64,000 nucleotides of DNA from the human T2T-CHM13v2.0 reference genome, Homo sapiens: the NCBI RefSeq assembly GCF_009914755.1, contig NC_060931.1, one strand, 5' to 3'. Positions 1-20,193 of the stretch are shown here, piece after piece (positions within the stretch are counted from its first letter, which is position 1; every line of letters starts with the position of its first letter). Under the pieces are notes generated by a model. It made no database searches. It was not told the DNA's origin and worked only from the letters and a program-made list of their open reading frames with translations. The translations under genes and the position numbers were made by a program.

Positions 1-138
<138 letters not shown>

Positions 139-909
139 TAGAAATGGGGTTTGTCCATGTTGGCCAGGCTGGTCTGAAACTCCTGACCTGAAATGATCCA
201 CCTGCCTCGATCTCCCAAAGTGCTGAGATTATAGGTGTGAGCCACTGCGCCCAGCCCAGCTGGTAAATTTCTGAGTTTAGTGAAAGTTAAAATGGCAGCT
301 CGATTGTTTAAAACAATGTGATGAGAAGAACGTCTTTGTCTATGTGTGTCAACCCCATGGGATCTGCGTGGCATCCCTCAAGTTGGTGAAAAATATTTAC
401 CATATAATAGAGAATAAAGGATTCTCACCACTAACTGATAATCCTGCTAAACAGCAGCTGCTTTGTAAAGGGAGTAGACAATCATTGAAATCCAGGTAAC
501 TTTAAAGAATTCACCAGCCGGAATCTGTAGGTCCAGAGTATTTTATAAAAGATCAGGTCTCATTGTAGAGGGAGGTAGCAAGGTTAATATAATGAAGTAC
601 AATTTGCTGCTATACTAGACATGTAATCTAATAACAGTACAGTATGATAAGAAAATTTAAATATGTAGTTTTGAAAAGGTTTCAGAAGGGCTCAATGGTT
701 CTGCATCAGAAAGTGAATTTCAGTAACAAGAGGAGACTCAAGGCAGGGCTAATTAGAAGGCTCAGGGGACATTCACAGGGTCAATTAGGCTGTTCACGCA
801 ATCTTCCTTAAATGGATCAGAAAGCCTAGGGCAGAGATACTGTGAACTAGAAAAATGAAAAGGGTCAACAATTCAACAGTAAAGAGAAATTTCAGTTAAG
901 AGTTATATC

Positions 910-1030
910 TAATGTAAATGAGGAGTTAATGGGTGCAGCAAACCAACACGGCACATGTATACATATGTAACAGATCTGCACGTTTTGCACATGTACCCTA
1001 GAACTTAAAGTATAACAATAATTTTAAAAA
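910..1030 (+). mobile_element. 5'-truncated L1PA 3' end (~120 bp)
   Basis: L1 3'UTR text TAATGTAAATGAGGAGTTAATGGGTGCAGCA...CCTAGAACTTAAAGTATAA. It is flanked by a near-perfect target-site duplication AAGAGTTATATC (898-909) / AAAAGTTATATC (1027-1038). Confidence 0.85.
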
Positions 1031-1657
1031 GTTATATCAGTAAACATAATTAGGCCCAATTTACCCATAAAAATAAAATACATATTTTTAAAAAAACCCA
1101 AAAAGGGTGGTAGAAACACATTTTGAGTAAAAAGGCGATGATTAACTAGATTTTTTTTTGAGATGGGATCTCACTTTGTTGCCCAGGCTGGGGTGCAATG
1201 GCACGATCTTGGCTCACTGCAGCCTTGACCTCCTGGGCTTAAGCAATCCTCCCTCCTCAGTCTCCCAAGTAGCTAAGACTATGGTGAGCACCACCATGCC
1301 CAGCTAATTTAATTTTTTTAGAGAGATGATCTCGCTACGTTACCCAGGCTGGTCTCCAGCTCCTGGGCTCAAGTGATCCTCCTGCCTTGGCCTCTCAAAG
1401 TGTTGAGGTTATAGGTGTGCACCAGTGTGCTTGGCCAACTAGATTTTTTTTAAAGGCTAATTAAGGCAAGGTTTGAAGCCAGACTAACCAATATTATATG
1501 TGGCATAATAATGTTAGGGAGAAATAAGAAATGCTAAACAGCACAGTAAATAGAAACATGAGCTTCAACTTCTCTTAAATAATCAAGTAAGAAAATCTAT
1601 AAAATATGTAAAATAAAAATGGAATGAAATGTACTGTATAAAAGTGTAATCCTACTA

Positions 1658-2341
<684 letters not shown>

Positions 2342-3747
2342 TAGAAAACTAACTACCCCACTAGGAGAATCTCACACAGTTGTGGGGTTTTAATCCCATG
2401 GAATCTAGAAACCACTTCACAGTTCAATTTACAGAGGGGAAATCACTGGAGCATTTGGTTAACATGGAAAAGGACACAGACTTAAACCAAGAGCCTCCAC
2501 AATTCTTCCCAGAGCTATAATAGAATGCTCCTCTTGAAAACAGGAATGAAAGAAAAGGATCAGAGGCTCTGAGTGTCACAAAGGGTGCACATTCACTACT
2601 TGTAGGTAATGCAGTCTCATGCAATCCAAGGGATTCACTTGAGCAAATGGACTGGGACAATCATGGGTTCAGCAAAGCGCTATGTTTCTTGGTAAAGACA
2701 AGAAAATAACAAACTCCCCTATACCAGTAATAAACATCCACAAAATAAAATAAAAGATCTTTCTCATTTACAACAGGGATAAACATATAAGCATGTGGGA
2801 ATTAAAATAATGTAGTATAAATTCCACCAATAGAAAAATCAGATTACAAAATGCTTGGAGCAAAGGAAAAGAATGATACATTTCTTAGTGCAGTTGCATT
2901 AAATATAAAGAAACATACATTTCTTTCCCAAGTTAATTTATAAAAGTTGGTAAAATGGCTGGACATGGTGGCTCATGCCTGTAATCCCGCACTTTGGGAG
3001 GCTAAGGCGGGCAGATCTCGAGGTCAGGAGTTTGAGACCAGCCTGCCCAACATGGTGCAACCCCGCCTCCACTAAAAATACAAAAATTAGCTTCGCATGG
3101 TAGTGGGTGCCTGTAATCCCAGCTACTCAGGAGGCTGAGGCAGGAGGAAGGAGAATCACTTGAACCCATGAAGCAGAGGTTGCAGTGAGCCAAGATCACA
3201 CCACTGCCACTCCAGCCTGGGTGGCAGAATGAGACTCCGTCTCCAAAAAAAAAAAAAAAAAAAGTTGGTAAAATGATGAGATGCATAGAGAAAAAATAGG
3301 TGCCCAAAATACTAAAGGTCGTTGTTTTTGTTTAAAGTAAAAACAATAGTAAACTGGCTATACAAGATATTGAAATAGAAAACAAGGAGACTTCATCAAA
3401 AGAGTGTGGCACTTATTAGAGTGAAAAACTAGACTGATAGAATGAAATTATAGACAGAAATCCAGATGTATGTGTAATTATGCCCGATTTGTCAGATATT
3501 ATTTATCGGGGGAAGAAGTCATCAATATTATTGGGCAAACTGAGTATTAAAGAATAAGAAAAAGAAACAGATATTACTCTATATGCTATAATAAACTTCA
3601 GACAAGTTAAAGATACAATAAATCACTGAAGAATAAGAAAATGGATTGAGGAGAAAAGACTGTTTTCTTTTCTTTTTTTTTTTTGAGACGGAGTCTCATG
3701 CTGTCTCCCAGGCTGGGGTGCAGTGGCATGATCTCAGCTCACTGTAA

Positions 3748-3987
<240 letters not shown>

Positions 3988-4096
3988 TGAAACCATATTA
4001 GAAATGATGAAGGATAAGATTGATGGGACCTATCTTATTTATATATATTATTATTTATGTGTGGTTGTACAAACATACACACACACACACACACAC

Positions 4097-4562
4097 AAGT
4101 TGACCCTTGAATATGGGTCTGAACAGTATGGTTCCACTTCACCTTGAATATTTTTTGGTAAAATTACACTGAGTGTGCCTGGCTCCCCTCCCACCTCCTC
4201 CTCTGCTGTCACCAGAGACAGCAAGACCAACCCTCCTCTTCCTCTTCCTTGGCCTACTTGATGTGAAGACAATGGGGATGAAGACCTTTTTGATGATCCA
4301 CTTCCACTTAACAGAAAGTGTGTTTTCTTATCCTTAGGATTTCCTTAACATTTTCTTTTCTCTACCTTACTTTATTGGAAGAATATTGTATATAACGTAT
4401 GTAACTTACAAAACATCTTAATCGCCAGTTTATGTAACTGGTAAGGCTTCCGGTCACTAACAGGCTGTCAGTAAAACTTTTGAGGAGTCAAAAGTTGTAC
4501 TTGGATTTTTCACTGTGTGAGGGTCAGTACCTCTAACCCCTGTGTTGTTCAAAGGTCAACTA
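4097..4562 (+). mobile_element. Tigger2a-like DNA transposon relic
   Basis: Ends AGTTGACCCTTGAA ... GTTGTTCAAAGGTCAACT form Tigger2-type TIRs, and the interior resembles the recalled Tigger2a consensus. Confidence 0.7.
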
Positions 4563-5149
4563 TATATGATTCTTCTGGACAGTGAAAATCACTAAAACTC
4601 GAGTGAAAAGAAAGGCAATTAACTGACAGGTAAAGTAATCATAAATGTGAGTGAGTAGCTAAAATCCAGAACATGTGTAGAATTACTACCCAGTTCCCAC
4701 TGTACCCATCTTCACAGGATATAAGGAAACACAGAGAGAGTAAAATAAATAGGGATCGGGTGCTGTGGCTCACGTCTGTAATCCCAGCACTTTGGGAGGC
4801 AGAGGGGGAAGGATCACTTGAGCCCAGGAGTTCGAGACCAGCCTGGGCAACATAGTGAGATCTCATCTCCAAAAATAAAAAAAATTAGCTGGGTGTGCTG
4901 GCACTTGCCTGTAGTCCCAGTTACTCAGGAGGCTGAGGTGGGAGGATCCCTTGAGCCCAGGAGGTCAAGGCTGCAGTGAGTGGTGATTGCACCACTGCAT
5001 TCCAGCCTGGGTGACAAAGCTAGATCCTGCCTCAAAACAAAGAAGCAAACAAATAAAAAGTCATGTGGTACAAAGTGGCACTGTGCAAAGCGGTGGGGCA
5101 AAGACAGAGGAGGATCCGGCCACAGGCATCAAGGCTCTGTTAATCTGAC

Positions 5150-5950
<801 letters not shown>

Positions 5951-6373
5951 AGAATGGGGGAGACCAGAGCCCTCTTTCACCAGAGCAGGTAAGTGTGGGC
6001 ACAGGAGCAGGCAAGGCAGGGCAGGATCTGCTTGTCAGGAAAGGTGGAACCAGCTGTAAGATGAGCTGGGGAAAGGGCCTGGGATTCCACAGGATGGGGA
6101 AATTCGATTTAGCATAAGATGAGGCTGGGAAGGCAGGGCTGTATCCCAAAATGCCTGTGCATCATGCTGTGATTTTGGACTTGCCCTTAGAGACGAGAGA
6201 GCGCGCCACGGAGAGATTTTAAGTGGGACAGGTTTTAGCAGGATCAGACATATTTTAGAAAGATAATTTTAGCAGATGCATGGAGGGTGGTTTTGTCCAG
6301 GGAGAAACTGGTGGCACAGGGTCAAGTTTGGAAGATCTTGAAGAAGTGAGACCAAGAGATGAAAAACAAATTA

Positions 6374-6595
<222 letters not shown>

Positions 6596-7208
6596 TCAGT
6601 AAGCAGAGATTGTGCCACTGTACTCCAGGTTGGGTGACACAGCGAGACCCTGTCTCAAAAAATAAAAAAAAGAGAGAAAAAAGAAAAGAGAAGGAAAACA
6701 CATTAAAATGACAGTAGTAAGAGAGGCGATGAAGTTGGGAATGTACAATATTGCCAGAACTAACACGAATTAGACAGGAGGGCTCACAAAGGAGTGAAGA
6801 AATACCATCCATTTCTGGACTGAAGGAGGAGCAGATATCGCTGGGCAGAGGAAAAAAGCAGAAGGGGCTGACTATAGGGAAGGGGGAAGTTATGGAGAAT
6901 AACAAGTTAAGCTGAGTTTGAGATGCTCATGGTAGAAATGTCTAGTAAGGAACTGAAAATACAGAGGTTTTTCTATTGGGAAAGGAAACTTTTCTTTTTT
7001 ATTATTATACTTTAAGTTTTAGGGTACATGTGCACAGTGTGCAGGTTAGTTACATATGTATACCTGTGCCATGCTGGTGCGCTGCACCCACTAACTTGTC
7101 ATCTAGCATTAGGTGTATCTCCCAATGCTATCCCTCCCCCCTCCCCCCACCCCACAACAGTCCCCAGAGTGTGATGTTCCCCTTCCTGTGTCCATGTGAT
7201 CTCATTGT

Positions 7209-11043
<3,835 letters not shown>

Positions 11044-11091
11044 TTATTTTGCTCGTTAGTTGATGCAGTTTCTTCCTAGTCTCCATGGTCT

Positions 11092-12109
11092 TTACATTTT
11101 GGCATGATTTTGCAGCGGCTGGTACCGGTTGTTCCTTTCCATGTTTAAACCTTCCTTCAGGAGCTCTTTTAGAGCAGGCCTGGTGGTGACAAAATCTCTC
11201 AGCATTTGCTTGTCTGTAAAGGATTTTATTTCTCCTTCACTTATGAAGCTTAGTTTGGCTGGATATGAAATTCTGGGTTGAAAATTCTTTTCTTTAAGAA
11301 TGTTGAATATTGGCCCCCACTCTCTTCTGGCTTGTAGGGTTTCTGCTGAGAGATCCGCTGTTAAGTCTGATGGGCTTCCCTTTGAGGGTAACCCGACCTT
11401 TCTCTCTGGCTGACCTTAACATTTTTTCCTTCATTTCAACTTTGGTGAATCTGACAATTATGTGTCTTGGAGTTGCTCTTCTCGAGGAGTATCTTTGTGG
11501 CATTCTCTGTATTTCCTGAATCTGAACGTTTGCCTGCCTTGCTAGATTGGGGAAGTTCTCCTCGATAATATCCTGCAGAGTGTTTTCCAGCTTGGTTCCA
11601 TTCTCCCCATCACTTTCCGGTACACCAATCAGATGTAGATTTGGTCTTTTCACATAGTCCCATATTTCTTGGAGGCTTTGCCCATTTCTTTTTCTTCTTT
11701 TTTCTCTAAACTTCCCTTCTCGCTTCATTTCATTCATTTCATCTTCCATTGCTGATACCCTTTCTTCCAGTTGATCGCATCGGCTCCTGAGGCTTCTGCA
11801 TTCTTCACGTAGTTCTTGAGCCTTGGTTTTCAGCTCCATCAGCTCCTTTAAGCACTTCTCTGTATTGGTTATTCTAGTTATACATTCTTCTAAATTTTTT
11901 TCAAAGTTTTCAACTTCTTTGCCTTTGGTTTGAATGTCCTCCTGTAGCTCGGAGTAATTTGATCATCTGAAGCCTTCTTCTCTCAGCTTGTCAAAGTCAT
12001 TCTCCATCCAGCTTTGTTCCGTTGCTGGTGAGGAACTGCATTCCTTTGGAGGAGGAGAGGCGCTCTGCTTTTTAGCGTTTCCAATTTTTCTGTTCTGTTT
12101 TTTCCCCAT
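11092..12109 (-). pseudogene. L1 ORF1 (p40), disrupted
   Basis: ATG GGG AAA AAA CAG AAC at 12109. Codon 49 is TGA (11963-11965, CpG decay of CGA), there is a +1 frameshift near 11362, and the native TAA is at 11092-11094. Confidence 0.95.
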
Positions 12110-13015
12110 CTTTGTGGTTTTATCTACTTTTGGTCTTTGATGATGGTGATGTATAGATGGGTTTTTGGTGTGGATGTCCTTTCTGTTTGTTAGTTTTCCT
12201 TCTAACAGACAGGACCCTCAGCTGCAGGTCTGTTGGAATACACTGCCGTGTGAGGTGTCAGTGTGCCCCAGCTGGGGGGTGCCTCGCAGTTAGGCTGCTC
12301 GGGGGTCGGGGTCAGGGACCCACTTGAGGAGGCAGTCTGCCTGTTCTCAGATCTCCAGCTGTGTACTGGGAGAACCACTGCTCTCTTCAAAGCTGTCAGA
12401 CAGGGACATTTAAGTCTGCAGAGGTTACTGCTGTCTTTTTGTTTGTCTGTGCCCTGCCCCCAGAGGTGGCGCCTACAGAGGCAGGCAGGCCTCCTTGAGT
12501 TGTGGTGGGTTCCACCCAGTTCGAGCTTCCCTGCTGCCTTGTTTACCTAAGCAAGCCTGGGCAATGGTGGGCGCCCCTCCCCCAGCCTCGCTGCTGCCTT
12601 GCAGTTTGATCTCAGACTGCTGTGCTAGCAATCAGCGAGACTCCGTGGGTGTAGGACCCTCCGAGCCAGGTGTGGGATATAATCTCGTGATGCGCCGTTT
12701 TTTAAGCCCATCGGAAAAGCGCAGTATTTGGGTGGGAGTGACCCGATTTTCCAGGTGCTGTCCATCACCCCTTTCCTTGACTAGGAAAGGGAACTCCCTG
12801 ACTCCTTGCGCTTCCCGAGTGAGGCAATGCCTCGCCCTGCTTCGGCTCACGCACGGTGAGTGCACCCACTGACCTGCGCCCACTGTCTGGCACTCCCTAG
12901 TGAAATGAACCTGGTACCTCAGATGGAAATGCAGAAATCACCCGTCTTCTGCGTCGCTCACGCTGGGAGCTGTAGACCTGAGCTGTTCCTATTCGGCCAT
13001 CTTGGTTCCTCCCCC
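12110..13015. promoter_or_regulatory. L1 5'UTR with sense promoter (fires toward lower coordinates) and antisense promoter (fires toward higher coordinates)
   Basis: Complete 5'UTR with the YY1 motif CAAGATGGCCG intact at 12993-13003 (-). The antisense promoter is inferred from established L1 biology. Confidence 0.7.
12564..12872 (+). CDS. ORF0: L1 ORF0-like antisense ORF (102 aa, MVGAPPPASLLPCSLISDCC...)
   Basis: Strong Kozak GCAATGG at 12564 and a translation matching recalled L1 ORF0. Donors CCAG|GTGTGG (after 12669, +106) and CCAG|GTGCTG (after 12754, +191) match the known SD1/SD2 positions. Expression is not shown. Confidence 0.7.
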   Translation: MVGAPPPASLLPCSLISDCCASNQRDSVGVGPSEPGVGYNLVMRRFLSPSEKRSIWVGVTRFSRCCPSPLSLTRKGNSLTPCASRVRQCLALLRLTHGECTH

Positions 13016-13054
13016 AAAATGAAACTTTTTTATTGCTCTGTAAGGGCTTACACT

Positions 13055-13055
13055 A

Positions 13056-13120
<65 letters not shown>
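13055..13120. repeat. Compound (TC)n(CA)n microsatellite
   Basis: Directly visible. Confidence 0.95.
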
Positions 13121-13121
<1 letters not shown>

Positions 13122-13350
13122 TCTGTTATATACATTGCAAATATTTTTGCCAGTCTGTCTAAATTCATATGTCCATCTGTCCATCCATGCATTTATCCAC
13201 CCACCCATCCATCTCCATAAAGCTCTGAATTTCCCTTTGTGATTTCTACTTTTGGCATCATGCTTAAAAAAAAATTTTTTTTCTACCCCCTTATTTTATA
13301 AATATCCACTAAAATTGTTCCTAGTGTCTTCATGGGTTTTTTTTGAGTCA

Positions 13351-13743
<393 letters not shown>

Positions 13744-13930
13744 TCAGCTCTGACTCTATTGGCTTCTACATAGATGACCTGTTAGTCTACCATTTCCTAA
13801 AGACTCTGTCCTTCTTTAATGTACTTAAATTTGAGCTATTTTAAAACTTTTTTTTTTGTTTTTTACCCAGCACTATGGGATGCCAAGGTGGGTGGATCAC
13901 GAGGTCAGGAGATCAAGACTATCCTGGCTA

Positions 13931-14198
<268 letters not shown>

Positions 14199-14890
14199 TC
14201 AAATGACCCTACTGCCTCGGCCTCCCAAAGTGTTGGGATTACAGGTGTGAGCTGCTGCACCCGGCCAATTGATCAATTTTTATATACAAGTTTTTCTTCT
14301 TTTGGCAGTCCGCAAAAATTCAGAAAGCTACTATAAGAAAATGACAATCAACCATCTGTGTACAAAAAGAATTAGCCACTTAACACAACTGGTCCTTTTT
14401 CCATTGTAAAAATCCATAGGAAATTGGATTTGTAATTATGTTTCGGCTTTCCATGGAAACCACAGAGCAGCCGGTCATCTATATATTCAGCAAATCCTTC
14501 AAATTGCAGAGGTGTTTTTTTTTTTTTGAGACAGAGTCTCACTCTGTTGCCTATGCTGGAATGCAGTGGCATGATCTTGCTCACCACAACCTCTGCCTAC
14601 CAGGGTCAAGTGATTCTCGTGCCTCAGCCTCCTAGTAGCTGGGACTACAGGCATGCACCACCATACCCGGCTAATTTTTGTATTTTTAGTAGAGATGGGG
14701 TTTCACTATATTGGCCAGGCTGGTCTTGAACTCCTGACCTCGAGATCCACCCACCTCAGCCTCCCCAAGTGCTGGGATTACAAGTGTGAGCCACCATACC
14801 CAGCCTGCAGAGATTTTTTTTTAGGGATGGGAAGATCACAGAAATGCATCAAAGCACATATTGTCCAAATAAGAAGAAGTGAAAAGGTAA

Positions 14891-15148
<258 letters not shown>

Positions 15149-15806
15149 TGACACATTTCTTCTGTGCAGTTGCATTAAATATAAAGAAACATACATTTAT
15201 CTCCCTAGTTAATTTATAAAAGTTGGTAAAATGGCTGGGCATGGTGGCTCATGCCTGTAATCCCTTAGTAGCTGGGATTGCAAGTGCCTGCCACCACACC
15301 CAGCTAATTTTTGTGTTTTTAGCAGAGGCGGTGTTTCAACATGTTGGCCAGGCTGGTCTCAAACTCCTGACCTCAAGTGATCTGCATCTCTTGGCCTCCA
15401 AAATTGCTGGGATTATAGCTATGAGCCACCGCACCAGACCCCAGTGTTGACTTTTTAGAGACATATCTATGAAGGCATTTGCAGCTTTGTAATGGTTTGA
15501 ACTTGGACTTTTGGCCACCGTATTAGTGGCACCTCAGTGGTGACTAATGCAGATTTTAAAATTTAGGGTCCCTGAGGAAGATGATGGGAAACAAAACCTT
15601 TCACCTGGCTCTCCCTGCTGTGGCATGCTAATATGGATGAGTAGGTCTTGCAGTGCAGATAATGATTTTTACAAATTCATCGTGGAAAGTGACAGAATTC
15701 TTTCGAGTGGGGAGAGACCTTAAGCAAGGGGAGGTAAGCAGACCTTTTTCAAATGTGCCAGGTGATGCCAGGTGCCTTGCAGGTCCTGTGCCAGGCACTG
15801 GCATGA

Positions 15807-15930
<124 letters not shown>

Positions 15931-16664
15931 TAGCTGGAATTACAGGCACCCGCCACCACATTTGGCAGATTTTTGTATTTTTAATAGAGATGGGGTTTCA
16001 CCATGCTGGCCAGGCTGGTCTCGAACTCAAGACCTCAAGTGATCCACCCACCTCAGCCTCCCAAAATGCTGGGATTACGGGCGAGGTATGGCATTCTTTC
16101 ATTTCACTTATGAAAATACTAAGGCCCGAGTATTTAAACCTCCTGCCCTGCTGGAGGTTACATAATTCATGGAGTGGGGAATCAAACCCAGGTCTTTACA
16201 ATGTTGCCACCCAGCTTCTTCCCATCACTACTCATGCTTTGCTGGGTGCCCTGGATGCAGCCGTGCCTGAAGGCCACTCCACAAACAGGCCCTGCTGGGA
16301 GACAGTATCAGAGATCCAGGACTCTGGGAAGTAGAACTGGGCAAGAAAGTGCAAGGGGCTGACAAATGGGCTGGCTCTCCATCCTGCCTGGCATCTGGTC
16401 TGATCCTGTTGTAGTACTAGTGAGGTGGGTGCTGTGGCCGAGGGAGGGGCTTTGTGGGGCCACACCTGGGGACAGATGGGACCAGAGTCAGGGTCTCTGA
16501 ACTGTGTGCATCATCCACTGTCCCTGACTTTTCACTAGAGATGTCTACAAACATCACAGAGCAGCAGTCTAGGAACAGGGGCTCCCTGCCAGTGCTGCTG
16601 TGAGCCCTTGGAGAATTCTGCACTTCCAAAATCTCTTATCTGATGGCCTTGGGAAGCTATCTCA

Positions 16665-16787
<123 letters not shown>

Positions 16788-17507
16788 TTACTGTCTCTAG
16801 TAAAAATACAAAAATTAGCCTGGTATGGTGGCATGCACCTCCCACCCACCTGGGAGGTTGAGATGGGAGGATTGCTTGAGCCAGGCAGTGCAGGTTGCAG
16901 TGAGTGGAGATTGCGCCACTGCCTTCCAGCCTGGGTGACAGAGCAAGACCCTGTCTCAAAATTAAATAAGTAAAATTAGAAAAAAAAAATAAACAACTGG
17001 TATACTTGGTTGTAGCTGCAGGGATTATCAGTTACCCTCTGTCCATAACCCTTAAGTGAAAGCCTTGTCTAGGGGCCACTGATCTTGGTGGACCTGGCAG
17101 GGGAGCAGTACACTCCAGGTGTCTTAGTAGGGCCATTCCTAAAGTCCTAAAGATGGCATTGGGCAGTACAAGGGACTTCTGCACAGCACACACACACCAG
17201 GTCTGCATCTTCTCTGCAGGACGTGCAGCGTTTTATGCTGTAGCCCCAGAGATTTCAGTCTCTGCTTTTACGAAGGCATCCCCTGGAGATTATGTGAGTA
17301 CTTCAACAAGTGCAACCAATTTCCCTCCATATCCAAAGTGTGGGTTGTGGAGAATTCACGTGTGCAGCACTCCCTGGTTTCCTGGGGGAAGTTGCCACTG
17401 ATGGTGTATTTATTTTCCTTGGGAAAGCCAAGAAGAATGAACCCCAAACTCACCGACTCACCAGACACAATGTCCGCCACAGGTGGGACATCAGTGCTGG
17501 GGCTTAC

Positions 17508-17585
17508 CTGGGATGTCAATCAATCTTTTGTAGACATTCAAGAAAGCTGCTTCAGCTTCCTTGCTTCTTTTAATAACGTGTCAAT
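17508..17585 (-). pseudogene. CUX1: Isolated CUX1/CASP-like exon (parent exon ~4) with a 1-bp deletion
   Basis: Minus strand: long pyrimidine tract-ttcag|ATTGACACGTTATT AAA AGA AGC AAG GAA GCT GAA GCA GCT TTC TTG AAT GTC TAC AAA AGA TTG ATT GAC ATC CCA G|gtaagc. This encodes [21 protein letters not shown], versus recalled CUX1 [26 protein letters not shown]. Length is 78 nt versus 79 expected. Confidence 0.88.
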
Positions 17586-19980
17586 CTGAAAGGGAAGGAA
17601 AGAAAGGAAAGAAAGAAAAGAAAACAAAGAGCTCAATATTTGTCAAGAGGTAATTTACAAAGCATTACACATCTAGTGAAGTCCCGCAGCAAGGGGAAGT
17701 CTGATTCCTCCGCGTAGATGCTTGACAACTGGGCTTCAACCTCTTAGAGGAAATGCCTGCAAACCACAAAAAGGCCCCTTTCATGAAGGTAAAAGAGGCA
17801 GGAGCAGAGATTTGGGAATATGGAGCCATTCACTATACAGCAGGGAACACTGGGTGGGTCTTCCATAGAGAATGGTCTGGCGTGCGTGCCCTTCGTGGTC
17901 TTTTTCTTTCTGCAAGTACTAAGAGCTGGCCATGTGCTAGACACTGCTGGGGGGCCGGGGGTGGGCGGAAGAGACAGTTCCTACCCCCAGGAGCTCAGGG
18001 TCTAGTAGGGAAACAGGTACGTAATTAAGAAGTAATTAAATCCCTGGGGACATGGAGAAGGGAACCTCAGGCAGGAAAATCGTGACCTTGGAGCAGAGTC
18101 TTAAAAAGTATTTCACCCCAGTGGATGGGTAAGACACCGCATGTAAATGGAAGAACATACTCAAACGCCCGGAGCAAAGAATTTCATAAAATTCCTTTTT
18201 TTTTTTTTTAAGACAGTTTTGCACTGTCTCCCAGGCTGAGGGGCAGTGGCGCGATCTCGGCTCCAAACTCTGCCTCCCGAGTTCAAGAGATTCTCGTGCC
18301 TCAGCCTCATGAGTAGTGGAATTACAGGTGCCCACCACCATGCCCGGCTAATTTTTGTATTTTTAGTATAAATGAGGTTTCATTATGTTGGCCAGGCTGG
18401 TCTCAAACTGCTGACCTCAGGTGATCCACCCGCCGCAGCCTCCCAAAGTGCTGGGATTACAGGCCTAAACCACTGCGCCTGACCTATGTGTTGTCTTTTG
18501 AGATACTCATTCACATGTCAGCTTGTGCTCCATTCCTGGAGTCCAGATTAAGAGCCCACCAATGGGGCTACAACACACCATGGGGGATAGGGGACCCACG
18601 AGAGTCTGCCGGGTGGGAACGTGGATACATATGCAGGATCTGTGGGTGACGCAGTTGGGCAAGCAAATGGGGTCAGATCGTGAGGGGCACAAGAGCAAGT
18701 GGTGCAGGGTGACCGTCATCACCTGGGCAGCAGTCGGGGAGAAAAGAGCACAGGGGGCGGCAAGGAGGAAGAGATCACTCTGGAGTCATTGCTCTCATCC
18801 AAGGGAGACATGCTGGGCAGTGGCTGTGGGTGTTGAGGAGGACGAGAGGGCGGCTGGAGAGATCAGTGGCACACACAGTTGATGTGAGGCCCAGAAGAAC
18901 AAGGCGAATCGAGGACGATGCCCAGGATTCCAGATTAGGTAACTGGTGAGGTTTTGCGATCGTGGCCAGGATTGGTTTGTTTTGTGAACTGACTAGCTGA
19001 GCCAGTTTCCTCCAGCGTAGACGTCTATTCTTCAGCTGTGCCGGACGCACATGCAAAGAGCCTGCCGTGGTTGGACCGACTTATTAGAATATTTAGCTTA
19101 CCTACACACTTGCTGAGACAACAGATCACGCTTTACAGCCAAAACACACAAGACTGCACGTGCACCAATTTCATACTGGCTCAGGCAAAGGACAGTAAAT
19201 TATATATTCCTTCTGTCCCTTCCTAGAACTATGCTGTCTCTGATGTTATTAAAGAGGCAAAAAGATGTGGTTTAATTACAGGGCCTTTCAGCTGAGCCAC
19301 CTGGCAGTTTGTTAAGGGCTGAGAGAGGTCCCCTGATTAAGGATGTGGGGTTCTCAGGACTAGGGGATGAGGGCTAGTGGGAGCTGGGCCTAGAAAATCA
19401 AATGCATAGCAGACTAGTGTAATGCAAGCATTTCCAACTTCTAACAAGCTGTGCACTAAGATTCCAATTTGAAAGTCAGTTGTTTGGAACTCAGACACAT
19501 TCGCCCCCCCACCGCCCCCTGCCCCCCGCCCCCCAACCTGATAAGTTAAGGCTGTGATTCTAGGCCAGTTGTGGTGGCTCACACCTGTAATCACAGCACT
19601 TTGGGAGGGTGAGATGGGAGGATGGCTTGAGCTGAGGAGTTCAAGACCAGCCTGGGAAAAATAATGAGGTATCTACAAATTAAAATTTAACAATAAAAAT
19701 TTTACAGAATAAAAAATAAAAAAATTAGCTGGGTGGGGTGGCAATGCACCTATAATACCAGCTACTTGGGAGGCTGAAGTGGGAGGATTGCCTGAGCCTA
19801 GGAGTTCGAGGCTGCAGTGAGCTGTATTCACACAACTGCACTCCAGCCTGGGGAACACAGTGAGACCCTGTCTCAAATTAAAAAAAAAAAACAAAACACA
19901 CACACACACACACAAAATGTTGTGAATTTGGTGTTGAGTAGAGTTTCAGAACACTCTACAAGGACTGTTTTTTGAGATAG

Positions 19981-20193
<213 letters not shown>

